A stretch of DNA of 27,618 nt, from the IMG/VR virus record IMGVR_UViG_3300017722_003002, positions 1 to 27,618 of that record. One strand, given 5' to 3'. The notes under the pieces are model-generated. The model was not told the origin of the DNA. It saw only the letters and a list, made by a program, of their open reading frames with translations, and made no database searches. The stretch comes from a virus. Its lineage: Duplodnaviria > Caudoviricetes. The stretch's first letter is position 1. Each line of letters starts with the position of its first letter. The translations under genes were made by a program, and so were the position numbers. Positions 18,070-26,967 of this stretch are shown here, one piece after another.

Positions 18070-18757
18070 GATTATGAAAAGGGAGATTAAGGACACCTTC
18101 TGGGTCCAAGAAATCTTCTACACCATTCAGGGAGAGGGACCATTGGCTGGGATGCCAGCAGTCTTTGTTCGCCTGGGTGGTTGCAACCTTCGGTGCCACT
18201 TCTGTGATACTGATTTTGAGAGTTCCACTACCTACATGACAGCGCAGGAAATTGCCGAGGCGTGCGCCGCCTACAAGTGCGATCTCGTGGTCATCACAGG
18301 TGGTGAGCCGTTCCGTCAAAACCTTCTTGACCTTTGCAATGTGTTGATAGCGGCAAACAATGTGAAGATTCAGATTGAGACAGCGGGCACGTTGTGGCAA
18401 GATGGGATGGAGGATTTGGTTGAGGGAAAGATGGCGACTATTGTCTGTTCACCCAAAACTGCAACTGTCCATTCTGGCTTCGTTCGTCACTGCTTTGATT
18501 GGAAGTACATTGTGCGAAAGGGTGAGTGTAGTGAGGCAGATGGGTTGCCCAACATGTCCACACAAGATCACAAAGAGCAGATGATTTTTCGAGCACGCAA
18601 AGGCACCATCTGGTTGCAACCCATGATGGAGTACCATGAAGACAAAACTGTTGATTGGGACAAGACGAAAGAGAACACCGAATACGCGGCTGCCCTCTGC
18701 ATGACCCATGGGCACCGACTAACTTTACAACTTCACAAAATGATTGGATTACCGTGA
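18053..18757 (+). CDS. queE: 7-carboxy-7-deazaguanine synthase (radical SAM)
   Basis: EIFYTIQGEG, CNLRCHFCDT (CxxxCxxC), TGGEP, IETAG and LQLHK motifs; SD AAGGA before ATG 18053. Confidence 0.95.
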   Translation: MFGKNKIMKREIKDTFWVQEIFYTIQGEGPLAGMPAVFVRLGGCNLRCHFCDTDFESSTTYMTAQEIAEACAAYKCDLVVITGGEPFRQNLLDLCNVLIAANNVKIQIETAGTLWQDGMEDLVEGKMATIVCSPKTATVHSGFVRHCFDWKYIVRKGECSEADGLPNMSTQDHKEQMIFRARKGTIWLQPMMEYHEDKTVDWDKTKENTEYAAALCMTHGHRLTLQLHKMIGLP

Positions 18758-19221
18758 CTTTCAGATCTACAAAGACCTACGGGCATGAAATTGGGCTTAG
18801 CGCTTGTTTCCGTCAATGGAGGGCAAAGAGCCATTGCAACAAACTGCATGGCTACGCCTTGTCCATTAAGTTTGAGTTTGAGGCGACAGAGCTAGATGAG
18901 AACCATTGGGTGGTTGACTTTGGTGGGTTGAAGAAACTTCGTGCCAAGCTTGAAAATTACTTCGACCACCGGACACTGGTTGCCAAAGATGACCCAGACA
19001 TGGATTGGTTTGTTGAGGCCCAGAAAAGGGGCATCGCAGACCTCATTGTGATGGATGAGATTGGGTGTGAGAAGTTTGCAGAGTTTGCCTATGGCTTGGC
19101 TTGTGAATGGTTGAGGGAGGCGGAGTATGCAAATTCATACAAACCACGTTGCCGGGTGGTGAGTGCAGAGGTGAGAGAACACGGTGCGAATTCAGCAATT
19201 TACTTAGGAAAAGGAAACTAA
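18754..19221 (+). CDS. queD: 6-carboxy-5,6,7,8-tetrahydropterin synthase (phage-type, CxxxHGY)
   Basis: [26 protein letters not shown] and EHGANSAIY motifs; the GTG start overlaps the queE stop. Confidence 0.9.
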   Translation: MTFRSTKTYGHEIGLSACFRQWRAKSHCNKLHGYALSIKFEFEATELDENHWVVDFGGLKKLRAKLENYFDHRTLVAKDDPDMDWFVEAQKRGIADLIVMDEIGCEKFAEFAYGLACEWLREAEYANSYKPRCRVVSAEVREHGANSAIYLGKGN

Positions 19222-19223
19222 AG

Positions 19224-20018
19224 ATGTTGAAACAAAAAGCGATGGTCATCTTGTCTGGCGGACAAGATTCGACAACCTGCTTATTCCTCGCAAAGCAAAA
19301 CTATGAGGAAGTGCATGCTGTCACCTTTGACTACAACCAACGCCACAGTTTGGAGATAGAGGCGGCACGCAAAGTTGCCCGAATCGCTGGCTGTGCATCC
19401 CATGAGGTAGTGGAACTCGGTCCCATCCTCAAAGGGCGTTCACCACTGACCGATTCTTCTCAACTTTTGGAGCAATATGATGACTACGAAACCATGGACA
19501 AAATTATCGGCAACCGGGTGGAACTCACCTTTGTACCGATGCGAAATACACTCTTCTTTACCGTTGCTGCCAATCGTGCCATTGTTGCTGATTGCTTCAC
19601 CCTTGTTACTGGCATATGCCAAGCTGACAACGCGAACTACCCCGATTGCACTGACGATTTTCGACTTTCGTACGAGCAAATGGCTAACGAGTCGCTGGGC
19701 ATTACTAACCTGCACATTATCGCCCCGTTGATTGACAGCACAAAAGCGGAGAGCATTAGGATGATGCGGGAGGTGGGAGGCTACGCTGCCCTTGCCTACA
19801 CCCACACATCTTATGACGGCAAGTATCCACCTGTGGACATGAACCATGCCAATGTGTTGAGGGCGAGGGGGTTTGAGGAAGTGAAGTTGCCAGACCCCTT
19901 GGTCATCCGTGCTTGGATGGAAGGGTTGATGAGGTTGCCAGGCACCGACAATTATTTGCAGAATGAGGACTTCTACAACGTGTTGATTGACGAAATCAGG
20001 GAGATGCGGAATGCCTGA
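19224..20018 (+). CDS. queC: 7-cyano-7-deazaguanine synthase (variant without the Cys4 zinc site)
   Basis: SGGQDS PP-loop, FDYNQRH, TFVPMRN and YPDC motifs; SD AAGGA. Confidence 0.92.
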   Translation: MLKQKAMVILSGGQDSTTCLFLAKQNYEEVHAVTFDYNQRHSLEIEAARKVARIAGCASHEVVELGPILKGRSPLTDSSQLLEQYDDYETMDKIIGNRVELTFVPMRNTLFFTVAANRAIVADCFTLVTGICQADNANYPDCTDDFRLSYEQMANESLGITNLHIIAPLIDSTKAESIRMMREVGGYAALAYTHTSYDGKYPPVDMNHANVLRARGFEEVKLPDPLVIRAWMEGLMRLPGTDNYLQNEDFYNVLIDEIREMRNA

Positions 20019-20568
20019 TAAGTTAACTATTGTTGCCGACCTGTTGCAAACAGTCATCGGGGAGAACCCAGAGCGGGGTGGTTTGATTGATACACCTATC
20101 CGTGTTGTTAAAGCTTGGCAGCATTGGGCAGGCGGGTATAAAGAGGACCCAGCGGAGATTCTCAAAACTTTTGATGACGGGGCGGAGGATTACAACCAGA
20201 TCATTCTGGTCAAAGACATTCCTGTCTACAGTCATTGTGAGCACCACTTAGCGCCGTTCTTTGGTGTCGCTCATGTCGCCTACATTCCTGATGGTAAGAT
20301 TGTAGGTCTCTCCAAACTATCGCGTGTAGTGGATGTGTTTGCTAGACGCCTACAGGTGCAAGAGCGCCTTACCAGTCAAGTGGCAAACGCTATTCAAGAT
20401 GCACTCCAACCCAAAGCGGTTGGTGTCATCATTGAGTGCCGCCACATGTGCATGGAATCTCGCGGCATCCAACGACAGGGTGCCTCCACTGTAACCTCAG
20501 CAATGAAAGGGCTCTTCGAATGGGACAGATCCGCCAAAGAAGAACTGTTAGACCTGGTTCGTCGATGA
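20011..20568 (+). CDS. folE: GTP cyclohydrolase I
   Basis: TPx[28 protein letters not shown] and HMCMESRG motifs. Confidence 0.96.
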   Translation: MPDKLTIVADLLQTVIGENPERGGLIDTPIRVVKAWQHWAGGYKEDPAEILKTFDDGAEDYNQIILVKDIPVYSHCEHHLAPFFGVAHVAYIPDGKIVGLSKLSRVVDVFARRLQVQERLTSQVANAIQDALQPKAVGVIIECRHMCMESRGIQRQGASTVTSAMKGLFEWDRSAKEELLDLVRR

Positions 20569-21266
20569 ACCGCATCCGTTGGTTCCTATCCCATGGACCC
20601 CACGGCTGGCTAACCAATCAAGACATAGCAGCAAGACTGCAACTGTCATCAGATCTTGTGTCCAAGTCACTTTGGGCATTGGGTGAGAAAGGGTATGTCA
20701 AAAAGCACAAAATGGGCAAGAACTGTTTGTGGATTTGGCATAAAGAGGGGGTTGAGGCGATGCCTGGACCTATTGATATTCCACTTTTTAAGGACTTTGA
20801 ACCAATGGCAACACATAGTGCAATTCAGCTTTCAAAAGCTGACCATCTGCAATCTTTGGGCAAGGAAACGGGGTACAAGTATGAAGGCGCCGATGCCTCT
20901 TTACTTGAACGCTTCCCCAACCCAATGAAACTTACCGTCTCTCATACAGGCGCACATGCAGAGACAACCATCAAAATCGTTTCGCCTGAATTCACATCGC
21001 TCTGCCCCCTGACTGGGCAACCTGACTTTGCAACCATTGTGGTGGAATACAAACCACGTGAATGGTGTGTGGAGTCCAAAGCATGGAAATTGTACTTAGG
21101 TTCATTCCGGCAGACAGGTGAGTTCCATGAGGCCTGTGTGACTCACATTGCACAGGCGTTGGTTGATTTGTTGCAACCAGAGTATTTGAGGGTTGAGGGG
21201 CAGTTCACACCACGCGGTGGCATCCCCTTCTGGCCTACCTTTGAGTACTGGCACAACGCGGAGTAA
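20565..21266 (+). CDS. queF: NADPH-dependent preQ0 reductase (unimodular QueF) with an in-frame N-terminal wHTH-like domain; possible internal start at 20805
   Basis: PEFTSLCPLTGQPDF, QueF motif ESKAWKLY, FHEAC and FTPRGG. ATG 20565 overlaps the folE stop (ATGA). A second SD, TAAGGA, precedes ATG 20805. Confidence 0.9.
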   Translation: MNRIRWFLSHGPHGWLTNQDIAARLQLSSDLVSKSLWALGEKGYVKKHKMGKNCLWIWHKEGVEAMPGPIDIPLFKDFEPMATHSAIQLSKADHLQSLGKETGYKYEGADASLLERFPNPMKLTVSHTGAHAETTIKIVSPEFTSLCPLTGQPDFATIVVEYKPREWCVESKAWKLYLGSFRQTGEFHEACVTHIAQALVDLLQPEYLRVEGQFTPRGGIPFWPTFEYWHNAE

Positions 21267-21272
21267 CTGAAG

Positions 21273-22211
21273 ATGTCCAAGGTCAAACTTTTCTTCTCCG
21301 GCACCACCGGTGGCTCAGATGAGATGAAGCAACGTCTTGCAAGGGCGTTCACCCATCGCCTCTGCTCCTGCCATGATGCTTATGTGAAGGAGGCGAAGAT
21401 CTGGGCAGACCTGTGCAAGATAGATGGCGCTGCTATTCAAGAAATGATGTTGGATAGTGGCGCCTTCACCGCTTGGTCAAAGGGTAAGAAGGTGGATTTG
21501 AAGCACTTGATTACGGTGTACAAAAACATCATGTCACTCATCCCCAAGCATGTGCAGGTGTCACTCATCAACTTGGATGTGATCCCGGGGTCTCCTGGGG
21601 TGACCGCTGGGCCTGAGGAAATAGCGCAAGCAATCAAGACGTCAGATGAGAACTTCAAAATATTGAAGGAGGAGTTTGGGGATATTGTGCTGCCGGTGTT
21701 CCATCAGAATGAGTCAGAGGAGAGGATGTTTGAGGTTGCAGAAATGGCTGACTACATCTGTGTCTCACCAAGAAACGATTTGCCTGAATGGACCCGTGTC
21801 AATTGGTCAAATTATGTACACCGAAAGTTGCCAGGGAAGAAATGCCATGGCTTAGCTGCTACAGGTGGCACCATGTTGAAACAAGTGCCTTGGTATTCTG
21901 TTGATTCTGCCACTTGGCTTTACACAGCAGTCATGGGTCGGGTGAACTTTAACGACAACGGCCGCCTGACCGCTATTGCAACCTCTGACCAGAGCCCAGA
22001 CAGGCACAATGAGGGAATGCACATCTGCAACATGCCCCCAGGCACAGCACAGGCCATCATTGACAGAGCAGCAAGTTACGGTTTGACTCTCGAACAAATC
22101 GTGACCGATCAAAACGCACGACGATTGATGTCGGGGCTTGAGTTTGTGTCTTGGCACAACTCTTTACCAGAGCCTAATCACATGTTCCAAGATTCACTTT
22201 TCGAGTTATAA
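21273..22211 (+). CDS. dpdA: DpdA-type DNA deazaguanine transglycosylase (TGT fold)
   Basis: MLDSGAFTAW, LDVIPG, PVFHQ, YICVSPRND, HGLA and SVDSATW motifs. No tRNA-TGT CxCxxC zinc site. It lies between the Que genes and the replication genes. Confidence 0.85.
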   Translation: MSKVKLFFSGTTGGSDEMKQRLARAFTHRLCSCHDAYVKEAKIWADLCKIDGAAIQEMMLDSGAFTAWSKGKKVDLKHLITVYKNIMSLIPKHVQVSLINLDVIPGSPGVTAGPEEIAQAIKTSDENFKILKEEFGDIVLPVFHQNESEERMFEVAEMADYICVSPRNDLPEWTRVNWSNYVHRKLPGKKCHGLAATGGTMLKQVPWYSVDSATWLYTAVMGRVNFNDNGRLTAIATSDQSPDRHNEGMHICNMPPGTAQAIIDRAASYGLTLEQIVTDQNARRLMSGLEFVSWHNSLPEPNHMFQDSLFEL

Positions 22212-22212
22212 G

Positions 22213-23181
22213 ATGCTAGAAACAATCAAGTTGGTAGCGGGGACGGTGGCAGATAAGACCTTGGTGCCTGCCTTCAGCCACATCCACATCTACGATGGAC
22301 ACATTCAGGGCAACGATGGGCGGTGCACTGCCATAGATGCTTTTTGTGAGAAGTTGAAAGGCGTCAATGCAACAGTTCCTGCATCCCGCTTTCTGCGTGC
22401 TGTCAACGCCTGTGACGGGGAACCAGTTATCACAGAAAAGAACAACAAACTGACCATCAAACGTGCTGGCTTTAAAGCTGTGCTGCCCCTCATGGCAAAC
22501 GCTGACTATCCAAAAGTCAAAGGCCCACCGGAGGGTGTTGAGCAGACGCCTGTAGCACCTGGGTTCATCAAAGCACTCAAGCGCATAGCGCCATTTATTT
22601 CAGAGGATGCTAGTAGGCCTTGGTCCTGCTCCATTCTTGTGGACAAGACGCACATGTATGCAACCAACAATGTGGTTGTGGTGTCTGTGCCTTTCGTCTC
22701 GCCTTACACCTTCTCCCTTCCCACCGCCTCTGTGGATGAGTTGTTGCGCATTAATCAGGATCCCAAGCACGTGGTGCAGAAAGATCAAAATACCTATTTT
22801 ATCTACGATGGCTTCTGGTGCCGTGTGTTGCCCATGAGTCTGCCTTGGCCTGACATTGAAAAGATGCTTGCCAAGTATGACTACAACGCCCTGCCTGCCA
22901 TCCCTGGACAACTCCGCGATGCAGTAGACAAGATATCTCACTTCCATCCAGATCCTAAGTTCCCAGTGGTGGTGTTTAATGCAGAGGGTGTACACACAAT
23001 GGATGGTGGGCATACAGCATCGGTTGAAGGCATTAGTTTGCCAGAGGCGAGGTTTAGGGCAGAGATGATAAGCAAGGTGTTGAATGAGGCAACCAAGATG
23101 GATTTGAGCACCTACCCAGCCCCCAGTCCTTTCACAGGTCCAGAGGGGATGAGGGGGATGATTGTGGGGGTGCGCGAATGA
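22213..23181 (+). CDS. DNA polymerase III beta-subunit-like sliding clamp
   Basis: 322 aa with a DnaN-like pattern (V.DK..VP.FSHI, ADYP, SEDASRPW, YATN, WPD); positioned just before the DNA polymerase. Confidence 0.75.
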   Translation: MLETIKLVAGTVADKTLVPAFSHIHIYDGHIQGNDGRCTAIDAFCEKLKGVNATVPASRFLRAVNACDGEPVITEKNNKLTIKRAGFKAVLPLMANADYPKVKGPPEGVEQTPVAPGFIKALKRIAPFISEDASRPWSCSILVDKTHMYATNNVVVVSVPFVSPYTFSLPTASVDELLRINQDPKHVVQKDQNTYFIYDGFWCRVLPMSLPWPDIEKMLAKYDYNALPAIPGQLRDAVDKISHFHPDPKFPVVVFNAEGVHTMDGGHTASVEGISLPEARFRAEMISKVLNEATKMDLSTYPAPSPFTGPEGMRGMIVGVRE

Positions 23182-25118
23182 GACATGATTCAGTTGGGTT
23201 GTTCTGGGAAGATATTGAGGTCGTCAAACCCGTTAAAGGCGGCGCGAAGCCACAAACTAATCGCGCCATGCCTGCCATACCGGACACGGGTTGGCAACTG
23301 CGAGAATTCCCGAATTTAGACAGCATCAAGCAGCTAGGTGTGGACACAGAAACCTTTGACCCCAAACTGATTGACTTGGGTCCTGGGTGGGCAACGGGGC
23401 ATGGCAATGTGGCAGGCATCTCCATTGCAACTATTGATGCCGCTTGGTATTACCCAATTGCGCACACCATGGGTGAGAATCAGGATAAGGAACAGGTTAT
23501 CAAGTTCCTGCAAGATGTCTTGTCTGACAGAGCACGCGAATACATCTTCGCCAACTCCCAGTATGACCTGGGCTGGTTGTCCACCTTGGATGTGCATGTG
23601 GCGGGTCCCATTTGTGATGTTCAGTTGGCAGAGCCACTCATTGATGAGAACGCACTCAGCTACTCACTCAATGCGTTGGCAAAGAAGTATTTGGGTGAGA
23701 CGAAGTTGGAGAGCGCTTTGTATGACTGGTCAAGCCGGGCGTATGGGGGTAATGCAGACAGGAAACAGGCAGCCAACATCTACCGCTGCCCACCTGCACT
23801 TGTTGGGCCTTATGCAGAAGCTGATGCCTCATTGCCTATCCGCATTTGGAATGCACAAAAAGAAATCCTGCAACGAGATGACTTGGTTGACTTGTTTAAT
23901 TTAGAGAGCGCTTTGATCCCCCTGTTGTTGCAGATGAGACGGCATGGGGTGAGGGTAGACTTAGACAAGTTGCAGGCAATTGATGAGGGGCTTAGTGCGC
24001 GAATTGAAACCATTGAGAAGTCATTGGGTGGGTTGAACATCTACGCTGCCCAAGATGTTGAACGGCTTGCCAAAACGCGTAATTTGTCTTATCCCAAAAC
24101 TGCCAAAGGCGCCCCATCATTCAGGTCTGACTGGTTAGAAAAGAACATGCCAGAAATTGCTGAATGCCGCAAACTCACCAAGGCGCGTGACACCTTTCTC
24201 CGCTCTTACATCACCAATTCACATATCAATGGACGCATTCATGGACAATTTCATCCACTTCGCTCTGATGAGTCTGGGACTGTTTCTGGTCGCTTCTCTA
24301 GTAGCACTCCTAACCTACAAAATATTCCAGCCCGCGACCCCGAACTGGGTCCGCTTATACGCTCTCTGTTTGTTCCTGATGTTCTTCATGCTCGATGGGG
24401 ATCCTTCGACTACAGTCAAATCGAATACAGGATGTTGGTACACTATGGAGCAGGGGAGACAGCGGAGTTGGCTAGAAGCCAGTACAGAACGAATCCAGAG
24501 ACAGATTTCCATGCCTTTGTGAGTGAGTTGACGGGAGTGCCACGAAAGGAAGCTAAATCGATCAACTTTGGTTTGGTATATGGGATGGGAGAAAAGGCGC
24601 TGGCTGCTAATTTGGGACGGGAGTTGGCAGATGTGAAGCCACTCTTCAATCAATACCACAGCACCTTTCCCTTTGTCAAAGACATCTACAACCTAGCAAG
24701 CCAACGAGCATCACAGCGTGGATTTATTAGGACATTTGCAGGCAGGTATTCAAGGTTTGACATGTGGGAACCAACGAGTACGAAGGATGAGTTTGAGGCG
24801 TTGCCGTATGAGGCCGCCAAAGAGAAATGGGGGCATAAGATCAGGCGTTCATTTACTCACAAAGCACTCAATAGATTGTTGCAAGGTTCTGCTGCTGACC
24901 TAATCAAACTTGCCATGGTCAACCTGCAGGCCTCTGGCCTATTGGACGACATCCCCATGCTGTTGACTGTGCATGATGAGTTGTGTTTTTCAATTCCAGA
25001 CAACAAAGAGCAAGAGGTGAGGGAGATAGAGCGTATTATGACTCAATCAATTGAGGGGTTGAAGGTGCCGTTGTTGGTTGATGCAGAGTTTGGTCCTTCA
25101 TGGGGTGAGGTGCACTGA
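23178..25118 (+). CDS. polA: Family A DNA polymerase with 3'-5' exonuclease
   Basis: ExoI VDTET, ExoII NSQYD, ExoIII YAEAD; SGRFSSSTPNLQNIP; motif A DYSQIEYR; motif B RKEAKSINFGLVYG (Phe at the 762-equivalent position); motif C VHDE. Confidence 0.96.
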   Translation: MRHDSVGLFWEDIEVVKPVKGGAKPQTNRAMPAIPDTGWQLREFPNLDSIKQLGVDTETFDPKLIDLGPGWATGHGNVAGISIATIDAAWYYPIAHTMGENQDKEQVIKFLQDVLSDRAREYIFANSQYDLGWLSTLDVHVAGPICDVQLAEPLIDENALSYSLNALAKKYLGETKLESALYDWSSRAYGGNADRKQAANIYRCPPALVGPYAEADASLPIRIWNAQKEILQRDDLVDLFNLESALIPLLLQMRRHGVRVDLDKLQAIDEGLSARIETIEKSLGGLNIYAAQDVERLAKTRNLSYPKTAKGAPSFRSDWLEKNMPEIAECRKLTKARDTFLRSYITNSHINGRIHGQFHPLRSDESGTVSGRFSSSTPNLQNIPARDPELGPLIRSLFVPDVLHARWGSFDYSQIEYRMLVHYGAGETAELARSQYRTNPETDFHAFVSELTGVPRKEAKSINFGLVYGMGEKALAANLGRELADVKPLFNQYHSTFPFVKDIYNLASQRASQRGFIRTFAGRYSRFDMWEPTSTKDEFEALPYEAAKEKWGHKIRRSFTHKALNRLLQGSAADLIKLAMVNLQASGLLDDIPMLLTVHDELCFSIPDNKEQEVREIERIMTQSIEGLKVPLLVDAEFGPSWGEVH

Positions 25119-25119
25119 T

Positions 25120-25515
25120 ATGGCTGGAATCAAATGCATAACATGTGGCGGGTTGACAAGGGTTGCGTTTTCAGCGCCAAAGGATAATTTGCAATGGAGG
25201 CGGAGGTATTGTTTGAGTGAGGACTGCCTTGACAGGTTTTCCACATATGAGGTGGAGGCTACATTCCTGCGCAAACTCATCAAACGCGCATCTATAAGGT
25301 ATGTGGATGAGGGACAGTTTTTGTTGAGGATGGAGGACACAGAGCTCATGCTGCCCAAGGATGCTAAGAAGGCGCAGAAAAGACACGAAAAGTTTGCTGC
25401 TGCAGAGGAAAAAAGAAAAGGACAGATAGAGACAAGAAAGACACATGTAAGGCTGACAGCAAGAGAGGCAAAAAAACTTTTAAAAGAAAAAACAAAAACA
25501 CTTGTTGACAAATAA
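25120..25515 (+). CDS. NrdR-like zinc-ribbon protein with basic C-terminal tail
   Basis: CITCG...RRRYC...C..RFSTYE matches the NrdR N-terminal Zn-ribbon pattern; no ATP cone follows. Confidence 0.65.
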   Translation: MAGIKCITCGGLTRVAFSAPKDNLQWRRRYCLSEDCLDRFSTYEVEATFLRKLIKRASIRYVDEGQFLLRMEDTELMLPKDAKKAQKRHEKFAAAEEKRKGQIETRKTHVRLTAREAKKLLKEKTKTLVDK

Positions 25516-25519
25516 AAAA

Positions 25520-25563
25520 TGCCATACAATTAAATCTCACATCAACAGAAAGGATAGAAAGAT
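25520..25563 (+). promoter_or_regulatory. Repeated promoter/leader element, copy 2
   Basis: TGCCATACAAT (25520-25530) and CAGAAAGGATAGAAAGAT (25546-25563); upstream TTGTTGACAAAT resembles TTGTTGAAAAT upstream of copy 1. Confidence 0.65.
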
Positions 25564-25857
25564 ATGAAAAAGTCAATGCAATTTACACGCGGCGGTCTAC
25601 GCAATGGCACAGGTCTTGTTGGGTATGTAGAGACAAGCTATGAAGACCTCAAAGAGGCCTTTGGGTTGCCTTTGTACCACAACGGTGACAAGACGACATG
25701 CGAATGGGTTATCACATTTGGTGATGGTCAGGTGGCAACGATTTATGACTGGAAAATGGAGCGGACACCCATAAGGAAGTACAGGTGGCACATTGGTGGT
25801 AAGTGTGCATCAGTAGTTGACCGTATTGAAACTCATGTGCTGATGGTGACTATATGA
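25564..25857 (+). CDS. Hypothetical phage protein (GDKTTCEW...ATIYDWK...WHIGG)
   Basis: 97-aa ORF directly after the repeated leader. Confidence 0.8.
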   Translation: MKKSMQFTRGGLRNGTGLVGYVETSYEDLKEAFGLPLYHNGDKTTCEWVITFGDGQVATIYDWKMERTPIRKYRWHIGGKCASVVDRIETHVLMVTI

Positions 25858-25961
25858 CTACATGGCCTTTTCCACCTTTTCCCAATCCAAAAGATAAAAG
25901 CAACCGCCCTGTCCCCTTCAACCCAGACAACTATGAGGAGGCACCGGTATGGACATCATAA
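25854..25961 (+). CDS. Microprotein, 35 aa (MTTWPFPPFPNP...YEEAPVWTS)
   Basis: Not in the ORF track. ATGA overlap with the previous stop; the WPFP...EEAP pattern resembles small phage peptides. Confidence 0.6.
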   Translation: MTTWPFPPFPNPKDKSNRPVPFNPDNYEEAPVWTS

Positions 25962-26026
25962 GCATGGTGGTAATTGTTGTTTCTATTGTGGGGTGTGTTT
26001 ATTTGATTTGGGAATTGTATAAATGA
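25949..26026 (+). CDS. Single-transmembrane microprotein, 25 aa
   Basis: Strong SD GAGGAGG; MDIISMVVIVVSIVGCVYLIWELYK; stop overlaps the next ATG. Confidence 0.55.
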   Translation: MDIISMVVIVVSIVGCVYLIWELYK

Positions 26027-26283
26027 ATCTAGATTCACCCGCTTTGATAAAAGCCATTAGGAGGGCACTTAAAAAGATAGAAGATGGGATGACCATTAGG
26101 GAGTTGGAGGAGGTGACGGGACGGAAGTATGCGAATATTTCTAGCACTGTTCGCCAAATGCCAGATGTTTACATAGATAGGTGGCAACAGCCATTGAAGA
26201 GGGGCGGTGGGTATGCAGCCGTTTACGTTCTGGTGAAGGTGCCAGAGAATTGTCCAAAACCACAGAAAGAAGGAGAAGAGTGA
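26023..26283 (+). CDS. Putative HTH-type protein (MPDVYIDRW...PENCPKP)
   Basis: 86 aa; GMTIRELEEVTG helix-turn-helix-like segment; coupled overlaps on both sides. Confidence 0.7.
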   Translation: MNLDSPALIKAIRRALKKIEDGMTIRELEEVTGRKYANISSTVRQMPDVYIDRWQQPLKRGGGYAAVYVLVKVPENCPKPQKEGEE

Positions 26284-26465
26284 TGAAGTTCACAGAGCAA
26301 CAATTGAAGAATTGGCAAACCTATGAGAGCATTCGTCAGGGCGGTTTGTTTAACATGTTTGACCCACGTGCAATGGCTATGACTAGTATGAGTGCAGAGG
26401 AGTGGACGTTTTGCATGAAGCACTACAGCGCTTTGAAGCAAGAAGTGCAAGGAGCAGCAGCATGA
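26283..26465 (+). CDS. Hypothetical protein (IRQGGLFNMFD; DUF5049-like from memory)
   Basis: TGATG overlap, purine-rich RBS, 60 aa. Confidence 0.65.
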   Translation: MKFTEQQLKNWQTYESIRQGGLFNMFDPRAMAMTSMSAEEWTFCMKHYSALKQEVQGAAA

Positions 26466-26716
26466 GCAGAATCACAGCAGGACCAGGGGATGAGGAGACA
26501 TGGGGCCCATGTGTGGGTCACCCAAATGATCCAAGGACAGAGGACAGCAATGTGTTTGAGGTCAACGGGGTTGCGTATGACTTTGATGAGGAGTTGAGTA
26601 GGGAGGATGTAGCGGAGTTGCTTGAAGCGGGGCAAAAGGCGTGCAGGCGTGCAGGGGTTGATTTTGAGATGGTGCTAGAAATGGCAGCGGAGCACCTTAG
26701 GGGTATATTCAAGTGA
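26462..26716 (+). CDS. Hypothetical acidic protein (GPGDEETW...HPNDPR)
   Basis: SD AAGGAG; ATGA overlap. Confidence 0.65.
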   Translation: MSRITAGPGDEETWGPCVGHPNDPRTEDSNVFEVNGVAYDFDEELSREDVAELLEAGQKACRRAGVDFEMVLEMAAEHLRGIFK

Positions 26717-26967
26717 GAAAGCGGCAGATCATGGCGCTGATGAAGGCCAAGGAACTGATGCGGGATGGCTACATAGATGAGGCGTATGCGGTGTTGGAAG
26801 ACATTCAGCAGAACACAGATTTGGTAGTCAGGACGCAAGAAGAATTCTACAACGAGTTGCGGAATGCAGTGATTGAGGAAGTAGCAAGAGAGGTGGCAAA
26901 ATTCAAGGCATTTGGCAATGACACAGTTAACAGCATGGTGATTTACATAAGGGGGATGAAGAGATGA
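26713..26967 (+). CDS. Hypothetical protein
   Basis: GTGA overlap; 84 aa; RNAVIEEVAREV...FGNDTV. Confidence 0.65.
   Translation: MRKRQIMALMKAKELMRDGYIDEAYAVLEDIQQNTDLVVRTQEEFYNELRNAVIEEVAREVAKFKAFGNDTVNSMVIYIRGMKR

Noticed and set aside
20805-21266. QueF-like amidinotransferase giving archaeosine (dG+)
   Set aside because: The NADPH-binding QueF motif (ESKAWKLY) is present, and no Gat-QueC or ArcS is seen in the window.
18053-22211. Auxiliary genes for host tRNA queuosine synthesis
   Set aside because: No queA or queG/queH is present, and the TGT-fold protein has DpdA-type motifs, lacks the tRNA-TGT zinc site and adjoins the clamp and polymerase genes.
25505-25530. Canonical sigma70 promoter TTGACA...TACAAT
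   Set aside because: The spacer is only 14 nt, so the pair is not canonical; reported as a repeated promoter-like motif instead.
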